64,000 bases of DNA from an uncultured delta proteobacterium (GCA_963847445.1 CAWJZV010000034.1:320001-384000); one strand, 5' to 3'. Shown: positions 1 to 10,655, counted from the stretch's first letter. Program-made: numbers and translations. Notes: generated by a model from the letters alone, not told the origin.

Positions 1-518
1 GCGCTTTTGTTGGTCTTGAAGATATCATTCGTAAGCGCACCGGTCGCAAGCGCATGGGCTTTGGCGGACAGTTAGAAGAGAGCGAAAAAAGTGGCCAACG
101 GGCTTCGGATTTACTGCACAGCGTACAGACGGAAGATTTGCTTAAGTTTGGCTTGATTCCTGAGTTCATCGGCCGATTGCCGGTTATTGCCACTCTCGAC
201 GAGTTGGACGATAGCGCTCTGATGCGAATATTGAAGGAACCCAAGAATGCGTTGACCAAACAGTATTCCAAACTTTTTGAAATGGAGTCGGTGCATCTTA
301 AGTTCACCGAGGATGCGTTGCGAGCAATTGCGCGCGAAGCCATGAAACGTAAATCGGGAGCGCGAGGGCTACGCGCGATCATGGAAAACATTATGTTGGA
401 TATCATGTACGACATGCCATCGCAGCCCAATATTAAAGAGGTTGTGATTTCAGAGGATGTTGTTGAAAAGCATGAACCTCCAATCGTCGTATACACCAAG
501 GCCGCAGAGAGCGCTTAG
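1..518 (+). CDS. clpX: ATP-dependent Clp protease ATP-binding subunit ClpX (5' truncated by window edge)
   Basis: Frame is open from base 3 (AFVGLEDII...). Contains [26 protein letters not shown] and GARGLR motifs, and lies directly upstream of lon. Confidence 0.97.
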   Translation, partial: AFVGLEDIIRKRTGRKRMGFGGQLEESEKSGQRASDLLHSVQTEDLLKFGLIPEFIGRLPVIATLDELDDSALMRILKEPKNALTKQYSKLFEMESVHLKFTEDALRAIAREAMKRKSGARGLRAIMENIMLDIMYDMPSQPNIKEVVISEDVVEKHEPPIVVYTKAAESA

Positions 519-529
519 GAGGGGATCGT

Positions 530-2992
530 ATGTTGTTTCGGAACGATAAGAAGGATCCGGAAGCCACTGCTGGGGGCACAAGGGTGCCGTTGCTGCCGTT
601 GCGGGATATTATCGTTTTCCCGCACATGGTCGTGCCGCTATTTGTCGGGCGCCAACGCTCGATCAAGGCGCTCGAAGAGGCAACTCAGAAGCAGAGTCTC
701 ATTTTCTTGTCCTCGCAGAAGGACGCCAAAACCAACGAGCCCGCCGAGGACGATATTTACCGGATTGGTACTCTCGGATCGGTGGTGCAAATGCTCAAGC
801 TACCCGATGGCACCGTCAAAGTGCTGATCGAGGGGAAAAAGCGCGCGAAGATCGCGAGCTTTGCCGCCAACCCTGATTTTTTTCTGGTTGACGTCGAGGA
901 TGCTCAAGAGGTGAACGAACGCACCACGGAGGCGGAGGCGCTGATCCGGGAAGTTCACACCACCTTTGAAAACTACGTCAAGTTAAAAAAGAAAATCCCC
1001 CCCGAAATGGTCATGTCGGTGTCCTCCATCGATGAGCCGGGGCGGCTCTCCGATACCATCGTTGCCCATCTTGGCATAAAGCTGGAAGATAGGCAGAACT
1101 TGCTGGAGACCTTTAATGCCGCGGAACGGCTGGAGAAGGTTCTCGGCCATATGCGCGCCGAGATCGAAATCCTTGAAGTCGAGCGACGTATTCGTTCGCG
1201 CGTCAAGAAGCAGATGGAGCGATCTCAGAAGGAATACTATCTCAACGAACAGATGCGGGCGATTCAAAAAGAGCTGGGTGAAAAGGATGAGTTTAAGAAC
1301 GAGATCCAGGAGATCGAGGAAAAGTTAAAGCAGAAAAAGCTTTCCGCCGAAGCTAAAGACAAGGTCGAGAAAGAACTGAAGAAGCTCAAAATGATGTCGC
1401 CGATGTCGGCTGAAGCGACGGTGGTCAGAAACTATATCGACTGGATTATCAGTTTGCCGTGGAACGAATTCACCGACGACAAGCTCGATATCAATGAAGC
1501 CGAAAAGGTTTTGGACGAGGACCATTTCGGACTGGAGAAGGTGAAGGAGCGTATCCTCGAATATCTCGCTGTGCAAAGTTTGGTGGGCAAAATCAAAGGG
1601 CCGATCCTTTGTTTGGTTGGACCTCCGGGTGTCGGCAAAACCTCACTGGGGCGATCGATCGCGCGGGCAACCGGTCGTAAATTTATCCGAGTGTCCCTCG
1701 GTGGCGTCCGTGACGAGGCGGAAATCCGTGGTCATCGCCGCACCTATATCGGCGCCCTCCCGGGGAAGATCGTTCAATCCATGAAGAAGGCAGGGTCGAG
1801 TAATCCGGTATTTCTAATGGACGAGATCGACAAAATGTCCACTGATTTCCGCGGTGATCCTTCGTCGGCGTTATTAGAAGTGCTCGACCCGGAACAGAAT
1901 ACGGCGTTCAACGATCACTATCTCGATCTCGATTTCGATCTTTCCAAGGTCATGTTCATTACCACCGCCAATTCGCTGGATCGCATTCCTCGGCCGTTGC
2001 AAGATCGGATGGAGATCATTCGAATTGCTGGTTATACCGAGTTGGAAAAGGTCAGCATCGCTAAGAAATATTTGATCGAGAAGCAACGGGAAGCCAATGG
2101 CTTGACCCCGGAGAATATTGTTTTTACCGACAATGCTTTGATGGGTGTGGTGCGCCACTATACCAAAGAAGCGGGCGTGCGTAGCCTTGAACGCGAAATC
2201 GCCGCGGTTTGCCGTAAGGTTGCGGTGGAAGTAGTCAAGAAAGACCGCAACTCTCATGTCCAAGTCGGCACCAAGAGCCTGCACAAATTTCTCGGCCCTA
2301 TCAAATTCCGCTATGGTAAAGCGGATGCGGAAACCAAGGTCGGCGTTACCACCGGTTTGGCTTGGACAGAATTGGGTGGCGAGTTGCTATCGACTGAAGT
2401 GACGGTTATGCCGGGAAAGGGGCAGCTCATTATTACCGGTAAGCTGGGCGATGTTATGCAGGAGTCGGCACAGGCAGCAATGAGTTACGTCCGCTCGCGC
2501 GCGACCGCCTTGGGATTAGACAAGGATTTCTACCAGAAGTTGGATATCCATCTTCACGTACCCGAAGGGGCGATTCCCAAAGATGGTCCCTCCGCTGGTA
2601 TCACGATGGCTACCTCCTTGGTATCCGCGTTGATAAAAATTCCTGTGCGCAACGATCTGGCCATGACGGGTGAAATCACGTTGCGTGGTACGGTGCTGCC
2701 GATTGGTGGTCTTAAAGAAAAGGTATTGGCGGCGCATCGGGCCGGGATCAAGAAAATCCTGATTCCGGCGGAGAACGAAAAGGATATAGAGGAGATTCCC
2801 GCCAGTGTACTTAAGGGCCTGGAATTAGAGCTTGTTGCCCACGTCGACGAAGTTCTCAAGAAAGCATTGGTACTGAACGATCCGGAGACCTTGTTCAGCC
2901 ACACTCCGGTCGAAATCCAACCGAAAGACGATAATCCGCCCTTCTCTGATAAGGTAGAAGAAGTTCCCGTAAGCGAAATTCTTCCACAATAA
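530..2992 (+). CDS. lon: Lon protease (endopeptidase La)
   Basis: N-domain [12 protein letters not shown], Walker A GPPGVGKT, catalytic PKDGPSAG; 820 aa; SD AGGAGG upstream. Confidence 0.98.
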   Translation: MLFRNDKKDPEATAGGTRVPLLPLRDIIVFPHMVVPLFVGRQRSIKALEEATQKQSLIFLSSQKDAKTNEPAEDDIYRIGTLGSVVQMLKLPDGTVKVLIEGKKRAKIASFAANPDFFLVDVEDAQEVNERTTEAEALIREVHTTFENYVKLKKKIPPEMVMSVSSIDEPGRLSDTIVAHLGIKLEDRQNLLETFNAAERLEKVLGHMRAEIEILEVERRIRSRVKKQMERSQKEYYLNEQMRAIQKELGEKDEFKNEIQEIEEKLKQKKLSAEAKDKVEKELKKLKMMSPMSAEATVVRNYIDWIISLPWNEFTDDKLDINEAEKVLDEDHFGLEKVKERILEYLAVQSLVGKIKGPILCLVGPPGVGKTSLGRSIARATGRKFIRVSLGGVRDEAEIRGHRRTYIGALPGKIVQSMKKAGSSNPVFLMDEIDKMSTDFRGDPSSALLEVLDPEQNTAFNDHYLDLDFDLSKVMFITTANSLDRIPRPLQDRMEIIRIAGYTELEKVSIAKKYLIEKQREANGLTPENIVFTDNALMGVVRHYTKEAGVRSLEREIAAVCRKVAVEVVKKDRNSHVQVGTKSLHKFLGPIKFRYGKADAETKVGVTTGLAWTELGGELLSTEVTVMPGKGQLIITGKLGDVMQESAQAAMSYVRSRATALGLDKDFYQKLDIHLHVPEGAIPKDGPSAGITMATSLVSALIKIPVRNDLAMTGEITLRGTVLPIGGLKEKVLAAHRAGIKKILIPAENEKDIEEIPASVLKGLELELVAHVDEVLKKALVLNDPETLFSHTPVEIQPKDDNPPFSDKVEEVPVSEILPQ

Positions 2993-3026
2993 TTAACGGC
3001 TATTTGGCGCGGAAGTGCCGGGTTAT

Positions 3027-3055
3027 TTGACACCCGGCATTTCCGCTGTTATAAC
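3027..3055 (+). promoter_or_regulatory. sigma70-type promoter for the tRNA-Val/Asp-rplM-rpsI unit
   Basis: TTGACA (3027-3032), 17 nt, TATAAC (3050-3055), with extended -10 TG at 3047-3048. Confidence 0.7.
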
Positions 3056-3279
3056 TCCCCATTGCTAAATGTCAGTGGACTGTTGCCGTTAGGATCGTCG
3101 ACACACCAACGCTACGAGAGTTGCTGGGTATTCGTATCGTTACCGGCCTTTTCACTTGGGACGCACGGTGGTGCGTGATCGATTTTTTGCCTGAGAAGCT
3201 TGATTAGGCAATTCAGATTGGTTCTTGTAGTAAGGGGACTCATGTCCCTGGCGAAGCTCTAGAAGTAAGGTTGCGGTAG

Positions 3280-3354
3280 GGGCGGTTAGCTCAGTGGGAG
3301 AGCATCGGCCTTACAAGCCGGGGGTCACAGGTTCAAGCCCTGTACCGCCCACCA
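3280..3354 (+). tRNA. tRNA-Val(TAC)
   Basis: Acceptor GGGCGGT/ACCGCCC, anticodon loop CT-TAC-AA, GGTTCAAG T-loop, encoded CCA. Confidence 0.97.
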
Positions 3355-3382
3355 CGTACGTGAGTCTTGTTTTGAATACATC

Positions 3383-3459
3383 GGGGTCGTAGTTCAGTCG
3401 GTTAGAACGCCGGCCTGTCACGCCGGAGGTCGCGAGTTCGAGTCTCGTCGGCCCCGCCA
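3383..3459 (+). tRNA. tRNA-Asp(GTC)
   Basis: Acceptor GGGGTCG/CGGCCCC, anticodon arm CCGGC-CTGTCAC-GCCGG, GTTCGAG, discriminator G plus CCA. Confidence 0.97.
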
Positions 3460-3474
3460 TTTTTACAAGTTCGA

Positions 3475-3930
3475 ATGAACTTGGAGTTGACTGGAGTGTG
3501 CGCCATGACAAGGGAAGAAGCGCTGACGCAACGTCGGTGGTATGTGATCGACGCTCAAGGAAAGATCCTTGGGCGGATGGCCACGGAGATCGCCAATGTT
3601 TTGCGCGGTAAACACAAGCCGGTATTTACGCCTAACCAGGATACAGGTGACTTTGTGATTGTCGTAAACGCAAAGGGGATCAAGCTGACCGGCGCTAAGC
3701 TGGACCAAAAGATTTACTACCGGCACACGGATTATCCCGGTGGCATCCGCCAGCGGACCGCCGCGGAATTGCTTGAAGAGAAGCCTGAAGAGTTGGTCCG
3801 GTTAGCCGTCAAGGGAATGCTGCCGAAAAACCGTTTGAGCCGCCATTTGGCCACAAAGCTCAAAATTTACGCCGGACCGGAGCATCCGCACGCGGCGCAA
3901 ATGCCGCAGCTCTTGGCAGTCGAAGCATAG
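3475..3930 (+). CDS. rplM: 50S ribosomal protein L13
   Basis: [37 protein letters not shown]. Alternative start ATG 3505 (GGAG 8 nt upstream). Confidence 0.96.
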   Translation: MNLELTGVCAMTREEALTQRRWYVIDAQGKILGRMATEIANVLRGKHKPVFTPNQDTGDFVIVVNAKGIKLTGAKLDQKIYYRHTDYPGGIRQRTAAELLEEKPEELVRLAVKGMLPKNRLSRHLATKLKIYAGPEHPHAAQMPQLLAVEA

Positions 3931-3943
3931 GAGAATTAGTTCA

Positions 3944-4336
3944 ATGGCAGATAAAACAATCGTCGCAACAGGGCGACGCAAGACTTCGGTTGCCCGAGTC
4001 TTTCTTAAACCTGGGCAAGGCAGCCTAAGAATCAACAACCGAACGTTGCAAGATTATTTCGGGCGTGAAACCGCACGGATGATTGTGTTGCAACCTTTTC
4101 AGGTTACGCAAACCGCCGGCAATTTCGATATTGAAGTCAATGTCGACGGCGGCGGCAATTCGGGTCAAGCTGGAGCCATTCGTCACGGCATTACCCGCGC
4201 GCTGATGGAATTCAATCCCGACCTTCGTACTTCCCTTAAAAAAGCCGGGTTTGTCACCCGCGACCCACGCGCAGTTGAGCGTAAGAAGTATGGCCGTCAT
4301 AAAGCCCGCAAACGGCCGCAGTATTCAAAACGTTAA
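3944..4336 (+). CDS. rpsI: 30S ribosomal protein S9
   Basis: [26 protein letters not shown]-terminal [16 protein letters not shown]. Confidence 0.98.
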   Translation: MADKTIVATGRRKTSVARVFLKPGQGSLRINNRTLQDYFGRETARMIVLQPFQVTQTAGNFDIEVNVDGGGNSGQAGAIRHGITRALMEFNPDLRTSLKKAGFVTRDPRAVERKKYGRHKARKRPQYSKR

Positions 4337-4366
4337 TCTTACAAATCGATTATTTGTATTTATCAG

Positions 4367-4406
4367 AGAGCTTGGCGCTGCCCATTGAGCGATGCCAAGC
4401 TCTTTT
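4367..4406 (+). terminator. Intrinsic terminator after rpsI
   Basis: Stem AGAGCTTGGC (4367-4376)/GCCAAGCTCT (4394-4403) followed by T-run, between convergent rpsI and lptG. Confidence 0.7.
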
Positions 4407-4476
4407 CGTTTGGGTTGAATAATTTTGAAGTGGGGCATCATTGATCGTGGCTTAAGCGCTCGCGCGAATTACAGTT

Positions 4477-5592
4477 TCATTCTTCAGCGGTGAAGAAGTA
4501 TAGACCAATCATCGAGAAAATTAGGTTTGGAATCCATGCGGCCGGTAGTGCTGGAATGGCGCCGCTGTGGCCCAAGGATATGCAAAAGGCGGTAAGGACC
4601 CAATAACCGAAGGCGATGACCATGGCGATGCCGAAGCTGAGCGAGATGTTGTTGCTCATTTGCCGTTTGATAGCGAATGGCGTCGCCAATAGAACCATTA
4701 GAAAAGAGACCACTGGAATCGCCAGTTTGCCTTGGAGATCGACTTCGATGGCGGTGGTGTCGATCCCTTTAGTCTTCATGTCGCCAATCTGTTTCTGCAA
4801 ATCAAAATAGCTATACTCTTCGGCATCGCGTGCCAGCAGCTTCAGGTCGTTGGGCGTTTCGGTGATCGGAATGTTGGCGATGCTGTCTCGGCGAGCCAGT
4901 TTGCCGTCCTGCTGCAATTCCCATTCGACCGCACCGTCGGTTTGCCAGTTTCGAATGCTCCACCGAGCACTGGGAATTTCGATCAACGAACGCAAACTGA
5001 AATCTCGGTTGAGAGTGAATACCGTAACGCCATCCAGGGTGTTCGTGCGTGGATCGAAGTTGTCAATGTTGATGAAGCTGCCGTCGCCGCGAATCCAAAT
5101 GTCCCGCGTGCCGAATAGGCTGAGTTGTCTCTTCTGCCTGATCTCGGTGCGATAGATTTGTTCAGCGTTACGGCTGAAAATCGGCACCAGCGTCTCGTTC
5201 CAAAAAAAAGTGATACCAGAAAGGCACAAAGCCAGCACTAGCAAGGGCCAGGCGATGCGTTGGACGCTAACGCCGCTTGAGCGAATTGCGGTAATTTCCT
5301 GCGTGCGTGCCAATAGGCCCAAACAAAATAACGTCGAGAACAATGTCGCAAAGCCGACCACGCGGGAAATCAACAAGGGCGCTTTGAACATGAAATAGCG
5401 TAAAATGGTCGAGACCGGCGCGCCGGATTCGAGTAGATTGCCGATCCGTTCGAAAAAGTCGGCGGTTACGTAAAGTCCGGTGATCACTGCCAAGCTGATG
5501 CCGAAAACGCGCAGGAATCCCGCTGAAATATAGCGATCAAGGATGCCACCGAGAGGCATCATGCGATGTTGAGCTCTTGATGTCCTGGCCAT
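4477..5592 (-). CDS. lptG: LPS export ABC transporter permease LptG
   Basis: YjgP/YjgQ-type: ILDRYI, EITAIRSSGVS..RI, AAWIPNLIF; multiple TM segments; start abuts the lptF stop. Confidence 0.92.
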   Translation of the reverse strand: MARTSRAQHRMMPLGGILDRYISAGFLRVFGISLAVITGLYVTADFFERIGNLLESGAPVSTILRYFMFKAPLLISRVVGFATLFSTLFCLGLLARTQEITAIRSSGVSVQRIAWPLLVLALCLSGITFFWNETLVPIFSRNAEQIYRTEIRQKRQLSLFGTRDIWIRGDGSFINIDNFDPRTNTLDGVTVFTLNRDFSLRSLIEIPSARWSIRNWQTDGAVEWELQQDGKLARRDSIANIPITETPNDLKLLARDAEEYSYFDLQKQIGDMKTKGIDTTAIEVDLQGKLAIPVVSFLMVLLATPFAIKRQMSNNISLSFGIAMVIAFGYWVLTAFCISLGHSGAIPALPAAWIPNLIFSMIGLYFFTAEE

Positions 5593-6792
5593 TTAGTTTC
5601 TTGGCCTCCTCATTAGTCTTTTCACCTGCCGCAGCGTTGCGTCACCGACCCGGGACGCGAACGCGGGAAAAGCCAGGGGCGATTCGCGCATCGCCTTGCG
5701 AAAGAAGACCAGGGCGATGCAACCGATGGTCAGGTTGGGTAGCCATAGCGCTGGGATGGGGGGTAGGCTTCCCTTGTCGCCCAATGCTTTGCCGAAGGAG
5801 AGTAAAACATAGTAGGCCAACAGCCAAAACAAGCACAACATGAATCCCCACGAGCGACTCGCTCGCGAGGCGCGCGGTAGCAGCGCCAAGGCCACGCCAA
5901 GGACGCCAAATATCAATGGGACAAAACCGAAAGCGATCCGTTGGTGCAACTCCATTCGCTCGGGGATCGATTTGCCGCCGCGCCGCTGTTTATCTTCGAT
6001 GGATTTGAGTAAATCCGCGGAAGCTAACTCTTTCGGTCCAGCTTCTTTCTGCCGCACGGGGCCGACGAGTTCATCCAAGTCGAGTTTGAAATCGTAGATG
6101 TTGAAGCGGGTTTGGCTAAATCCTGGGCGCTTTTTTTCCCGTTCGTAAATCGAACCGTCGAAAAGCCTCAATCCTAATGTGTTGGCAACGTCGTCGGTGG
6201 TGATACGGGCAACCTTGCCGAGTATGATGTCTTCGCGCACGCGATCGCGCTTGTCGATGATGAAGATCCCTTGAGCGGTATTTCCAGGTGGAATGATTTC
6301 CTCTACGTAAATGAGGATCTTGGGAAAATCATCATTGAAAATTTTTTCTTTGAGTGCCGTGCTGACCCGAGACTTCGCAATGTTATAAATCTCTTTTTTG
6401 AGTGCGGCATTGGCGGTCGGCCGGGCGTAGAGCGTCGTGGCCAAGGTCAGGATGGAAATAACCAACGACAGGCCGGCGATGGGCCACAAAATCTGCAACG
6501 GGCTCACTCCGGAGGCTTTCATGGCGAGTAGTTCTTGGTCGTTGGCCATGCGCCCGAGTCCGAGCAAAATGGCTAGTAGAAACGCCATGGGCACGGTCAT
6601 TTCCAAGAAAGTTGGCATTATCAACGCTAGGAGTTTACCGACTTGGAGCGGTGGAACCCCGCGGCTGATGACCAACTCGATAAGCTTCAACAGGCGGCCA
6701 ATGAGCAAGATGAACGTGAACGCCAGCAGGCCAAGAAAAAATGGCGGCAGAACTTCGGAAATAAGATAGCTAATTAACGTCTTTCGTTTCAC
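5593..6792 (-). CDS. lptF: LPS export ABC transporter permease LptF
   Basis: YLISEVLPPFF, GRMANDQELLAMKASGVS, ALWLPNL; paired with lptG. Confidence 0.92.
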   Translation of the reverse strand: MKRKTLISYLISEVLPPFFLGLLAFTFILLIGRLLKLIELVISRGVPPLQVGKLLALIMPTFLEMTVPMAFLLAILLGLGRMANDQELLAMKASGVSPLQILWPIAGLSLVISILTLATTLYARPTANAALKKEIYNIAKSRVSTALKEKIFNDDFPKILIYVEEIIPPGNTAQGIFIIDKRDRVREDIILGKVARITTDDVANTLGLRLFDGSIYEREKKRPGFSQTRFNIYDFKLDLDELVGPVRQKEAGPKELASADLLKSIEDKQRRGGKSIPERMELHQRIAFGFVPLIFGVLGVALALLPRASRASRSWGFMLCLFWLLAYYVLLSFGKALGDKGSLPPIPALWLPNLTIGCIALVFFRKAMRESPLAFPAFASRVGDATLRQVKRLMRRPRN

Positions 6793-6855
6793 TGTGGCGG
6801 CATGTTAACTGTTGTACTCCTGGTTGTAAAATCCATTGCTGATTTGAACTAGCCC

Positions 6856-7605
6856 ATGACAACCGACTATCTTTTCGGCATCAACGCGATTCATGAAACA
6901 CTGATCGCTGCACCGCGGAGCGTGCGGGAGATTTTCGTCAGCGAAAATTCCAATCATGGCCGGTTGCAAGCGTTGGTGGATGAAGCACGGCGCCAAGGAT
7001 TGCCGGTTGGCTATCGCACGGCGCGGGAATTGGACCGGTTGTCCCAAGGACAAAAACACCAGGGCGTTGTCGCAATCGTTGAAGCTTACGCCTATCCGGC
7101 GTTCGAAAAATTACTGCAACGGATCGCTGATGCAGAGTTGTCAGAATGGATATTAATCCTGGATGGAATCGTCGATCCGCGTAACTTCGGTGCCCTACTG
7201 CGGACGGCTGAAGCAGCCGGTGTCCGACATATCGTGATCCCGAAGGACCGTAGCGTTGATGTGACCCCCATGGTGGTCAAGGCTTCGGCTGGCGCGGCGC
7301 ATCATCTGAGCATTTATAAAGTCACTAACTTGCGACGCTCGCTGCAAGCGCTAAAACAAGCGGGATATTGGATCGTTGGCTTAGCGGTGGGCGCCAAGGA
7401 AAGCCTTTACGACCGGGAATATCCGCATAAACTCGCAATTGTGCTCGGTAGCGAAGCCACCGGAGTTCGTCCAATCAACCTGCGGGAGTGTGATTTTCTT
7501 GTATCAATTCCAATGCTTGGTAAGGTAGCCTCGCTTAATGTCGGGGTCGCCGGGGCGATTTTTCTATTTGAACTGGTGCGGCAGCAGCGGTTGCCTCGGT
7601 CGTAA
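6856..7605 (+). CDS. rlmB: 23S rRNA (Gm2251)-2'-O-methyltransferase RlmB (SpoU family)
   Basis: KHQGVVA, LDGIVDPRNFGALLRTA, LGSE..G, IPMLGKVASLNVGVA SPOUT motifs. Confidence 0.93.
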   Translation: MTTDYLFGINAIHETLIAAPRSVREIFVSENSNHGRLQALVDEARRQGLPVGYRTARELDRLSQGQKHQGVVAIVEAYAYPAFEKLLQRIADAELSEWILILDGIVDPRNFGALLRTAEAAGVRHIVIPKDRSVDVTPMVVKASAGAAHHLSIYKVTNLRRSLQALKQAGYWIVGLAVGAKESLYDREYPHKLAIVLGSEATGVRPINLRECDFLVSIPMLGKVASLNVGVAGAIFLFELVRQQRLPRS

Positions 7606-7866
7606 CTGTTGTTGGTAACTTTACACCCTTTCAAGGCAAGCACCGATGCATTAGTGGGAAACCTCGTGCTCTGTTGACATGAACCTCTGAAGATGGTTTA
7701 AATACCCGTTTACAAACGGGGATAACTCCCGGGTGTTGTGGTTTGCCTGTTAGGCAAAAGATCTTTACTTACATACTGTTAAAATTTGTTCAGATAAGTA
7801 TCTTTTACAGCCGCCAAAAGGTAATTGGCAATCATTTCGCTGGCACGAAAAACCTAAGGGCGATGG

Positions 7867-7941
7867 GCTGGCGTAGCTCAATGGTAGAGCAGCTGATTTG
7901 TAATCAGCAGGTTGTAGGTTCAAGTCCTATCGCCAGCTCCA
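7867..7941 (+). tRNA. tRNA-Thr(TGT)
   Basis: Acceptor GCTGGCG/CGCCAGC, anticodon arm CTGA-TTTGTAA-TCAG, encoded CCA. Confidence 0.97.
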
Positions 7942-7992
7942 GCTAGTTGGTCAGTTGGAGTGGCGAAGAAATTTGTTTCTGGGGGGAGTCGA

Positions 7993-8077
<85 letters not shown>

Positions 8078-8082
8078 ATTTT

Positions 8083-8158
8083 GCGGGAATAGCTCAGTTG
8101 GTAGAGCGCAAGCCTTCCAAGCTTGGGGTCGCGGGTTCGAGTCCCGTTTCCCGCTCCA
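8083..8158 (+). tRNA. tRNA-Gly(TCC)
   Basis: Acceptor GCGGGAA/TTCCCGC, CAAGC-CTTCCAA-GCTTG, CCA. Confidence 0.97.
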
Positions 8159-8248
8159 CATTGGTAGTTGTAGCTGATGGCGTTTTAACATGGCCAGCTT
8201 ACCGCCCCGTACGTGGGCACATCACGGCCAATTGCCATCGACCGACAT

Positions 8249-8321
8249 GCCCAGGTAGCTCAGTCGGTAGAGCACGTCCTTGGTAAGGACGAGGTCAGCG
8301 GTTCAATCCCGCTCCTGGGCT
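8249..8321 (+). tRNA. tRNA-Thr(GGT), CCA not encoded
   Basis: Acceptor GCCCAGG/CCTGGGC, GTCC-TTGGTAA-GGAC; completes the classic thrU-tyrU-glyT-thrT-tufB order. Confidence 0.95.
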
Positions 8322-8403
8322 TTGCCTTTCGGTTTGGAGAATTTGGAGAAAGTTTATAGCGGCATTTTAGGGTGATGATTCGGAAATCATTTAGGAGGAC
8401 GCG

Positions 8404-9594
8404 ATGAGCAAAGCGAAATTTGAGCGTAAAAAACCACATTTGAACATTGGTACGATCGGTCACGTCGACCATGGCAAAACTACCTTGACCGCAGCGATCA
8501 CCAAGGTGCTGGCGAAGTCGGGGAAAGCCACATTCCTGGCCTACGATCAGATCGACAAGGCGCCGGAAGAAAGAGAACGCGGCGTTACCATTAACATTGC
8601 CCATGTCGAGTATGAGACCGACAAACGACACTACGCTCACGTCGATTGCCCTGGACATGCTGACTACGTCAAAAACATGATCACCGGCGCGGCGCAGATG
8701 GACGGCGCGATTCTCGTCGTTTCCGCTGCCGATGGCCCTATGCCGCAGACCCGTGAGCATATTCTGTTGGCGCGCCAAGTTGGTGTTCCTGGCATTGTGG
8801 TTTTTCTTAACAAGGCCGATATGGTCGATGACAAAGAGCTGTTGGAGTTGGTCGAACTCGAAGTTCGCGAGCTGCTCTCAAAGTACAAATTCCCTGGCGA
8901 CGATACGCCGATTATCATCGGCAGCGCTCTAAAGGCTCTAGAAGGCGACACTTCCGAAATGGGAGAGGGCGCGATCTTGAAGTTGATGGAGGCCGTCGAC
9001 GCGTTCATTCAGGAACCGGAGCGCGAAATTGACAAGCCGTTCATTATGCCGGTTGAGGATGTTTTCACCATCAGCGGTCGCGGCACGGTGGTCACCGGCC
9101 GGGTCGAGCGCGGTATCGTCAAGGTCGGCGAAGAAATTGAGATCGTCGGTTTCAAGCCGACGCAGAAGACGGTTGCTACCGGTGTTGAAATGTTCCGCAA
9201 GCTGCTCGATGAAGGCCGCGCCGGCGACAATATCGGCGTGCTCTTGCGCGGCACCAAACGGGAAGAGGTCGAGCGTGGCCAGGTTTTGGCCAAACCGGGC
9301 AGTATTACACCGCACACCAAGTTTAACGCTGAGGCCTATGTATTAACCAAGGAGGAGGGTGGTCGTCATACGCCATTTTTCAACGGCTATCGACCGCAAT
9401 TTTACTTCCGCACCACTGACGTCACCGGAGTGGTGAAGCTACCGGAGGGAACGGAGATGGTTATGCCGGGTGACAACATCAACGTCGAGATCGAGCTGAT
9501 TACCCCGGTCGCCATGGATCAAGGCTTAAAGTTCGCTATTCGTGAAGGTGGCCGTACGGTCGGCGCCGGCGTGGTTACTAAGATCGTTCAGTAA
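8404..9594 (+). CDS. tuf: Elongation factor Tu
   Basis: [36 protein letters not shown]; 396 aa. Confidence 0.99.
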   Translation: MSKAKFERKKPHLNIGTIGHVDHGKTTLTAAITKVLAKSGKATFLAYDQIDKAPEERERGVTINIAHVEYETDKRHYAHVDCPGHADYVKNMITGAAQMDGAILVVSAADGPMPQTREHILLARQVGVPGIVVFLNKADMVDDKELLELVELEVRELLSKYKFPGDDTPIIIGSALKALEGDTSEMGEGAILKLMEAVDAFIQEPEREIDKPFIMPVEDVFTISGRGTVVTGRVERGIVKVGEEIEIVGFKPTQKTVATGVEMFRKLLDEGRAGDNIGVLLRGTKREEVERGQVLAKPGSITPHTKFNAEAYVLTKEEGGRHTPFFNGYRPQFYFRTTDVTGVVKLPEGTEMVMPGDNINVEIELITPVAMDQGLKFAIREGGRTVGAGVVTKIVQ

Positions 9595-9624
9595 TTCAAC
9601 GCCGATCGTCAGGAGGACAAGGTC

Positions 9625-9777
9625 ATGCGGGAGTTGGTAGGTTTTGCATGCGATAAGTGCAAACGGAAAAACTACACATCGTCGAAGAACCGGAAAACAA
9701 CCACCGAAAAGCTGGCGCTCAAGAAGTTTTGTGCTTCTTGCCGGTCCCACACCCTGCATCGTGAGGTTAAAGTTTAA
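9625..9777 (+). CDS. rpmG: 50S ribosomal protein L33 (Zn-binding form), below ORF-track cutoff
   Basis: Hand translation: MRELVGFACDKCKRKNYTSSKNRKTTTEKLALKKFCASCRSHTLHREVKV; SD AGGAGG. Confidence 0.96.
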   Translation: MRELVGFACDKCKRKNYTSSKNRKTTTEKLALKKFCASCRSHTLHREVKV

Positions 9778-9788
9778 CGAGGATACCG

Positions 9789-9865
9789 GGGTCAGTAGCT
9801 CCAATTGGTAGAGCGCCGGACTCCAAATCCGGTTGTTGCAGGTTCGAGCCCTGCCTGACCCGCCA
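9789..9865 (+). tRNA. tRNA-Trp(CCA)
   Basis: Acceptor GGGTCAG/CTGACCC, CCGGA-CTCCAAA-TCCGG, CCA; canonical position before secE. Confidence 0.96.
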
Positions 9866-9890
9866 CGTTATCGCGTTGGAGAAACCTCAC

Positions 9891-10106
9891 ATGGGGGATT
9901 GGATTCAAAAAGTTCAGGACGGCGTCCACCAGGGTGTCGAGTTTTGCAAAGAGTCCTGGCAGGAGTTGCAAAAAGTCCATTGGCCGTCCCGCAAGGAAAC
10001 TTACATGGCGACAATGGTCGTCATCGTCGTCGTTGTCCTGGTGTCTTTGTATTTGGCGACTGTGGATTTCTTCCTAACAAAGGCCGTCCAGGCCATTATC
10101 GGTTAA
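9891..10106 (+). CDS. secE: Preprotein translocase subunit SecE
   Basis: ELQKVHWPSRKE motif plus one TM helix; ATG 9891 chosen (GGAG upstream); precedes nusG. Confidence 0.95.
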   Translation: MGDWIQKVQDGVHQGVEFCKESWQELQKVHWPSRKETYMATMVVIVVVVLVSLYLATVDFFLTKAVQAIIG

Positions 10107-10124
10107 TAACTTAGGTTCTCCTCT

Positions 10125-10655
10125 ATGGCGAAACAGTGGTACATCGTTCACACCTTTTCGGGCTTTGAACAAAAGACCAAGTCGGCCCTAGAAGAGCGCG
10201 TCAAGCAGCTCGGCAAGCAGGAGTTCTTCGGCGAAGTGCTAGTGCCGATGGAGAAAGTCGTTGAGCTGGTCAAGGGAAAGAAGAAAACTTCGTCGCGCAA
10301 GTTTTTTCCCGGTTATATTCTCGTGCAGATGGAGCTCAACGACGAGACCTGGCATGTGGTTAAAGAGACTCCCAAGGTAACCGGATTTGTCGGTGGTAGT
10401 ACCAATCCGCCATCGGTTAGCGATGAAGAAGTCCGTGCGATCACGCTACAAATGGAAGAGGGCGCAATCAAGCCCAAGCCGCGCGTGTCGTTCTCGGTCG
10501 GCGAAAACGTCAAGGTGGTCGACGGCCCGTTCGCCGACTTTAACGGCGTGGTCGAAGATGTCAAGCCGGAAAAAGGCAAGCTCCGAGTATTGATCAGCAT
10601 CTTTGGGCGAGCGACGCCGGTTGAGCTCGAATTTGTCCAGGTTGAACGCAATTAG
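10125..10655 (+). CDS. nusG: Transcription termination/antitermination factor NusG
   Basis: [22 protein letters not shown] motif [19 protein letters not shown]. Confidence 0.98.
   Translation: MAKQWYIVHTFSGFEQKTKSALEERVKQLGKQEFFGEVLVPMEKVVELVKGKKKTSSRKFFPGYILVQMELNDETWHVVKETPKVTGFVGGSTNPPSVSDEEVRAITLQMEEGAIKPKPRVSFSVGENVKVVDGPFADFNGVVEDVKPEKGKLRVLISIFGRATPVELEFVQVERN

Noticed and set aside
3242-3262. Mini-ORF MSLAKL after AAGGGGA upstream of tRNA-Val
   Set aside because: SD spacing is only 3 nt and the ATG is buried in a GGGAC/GTCCC hairpin; no similarity to HU or a known leader peptide.
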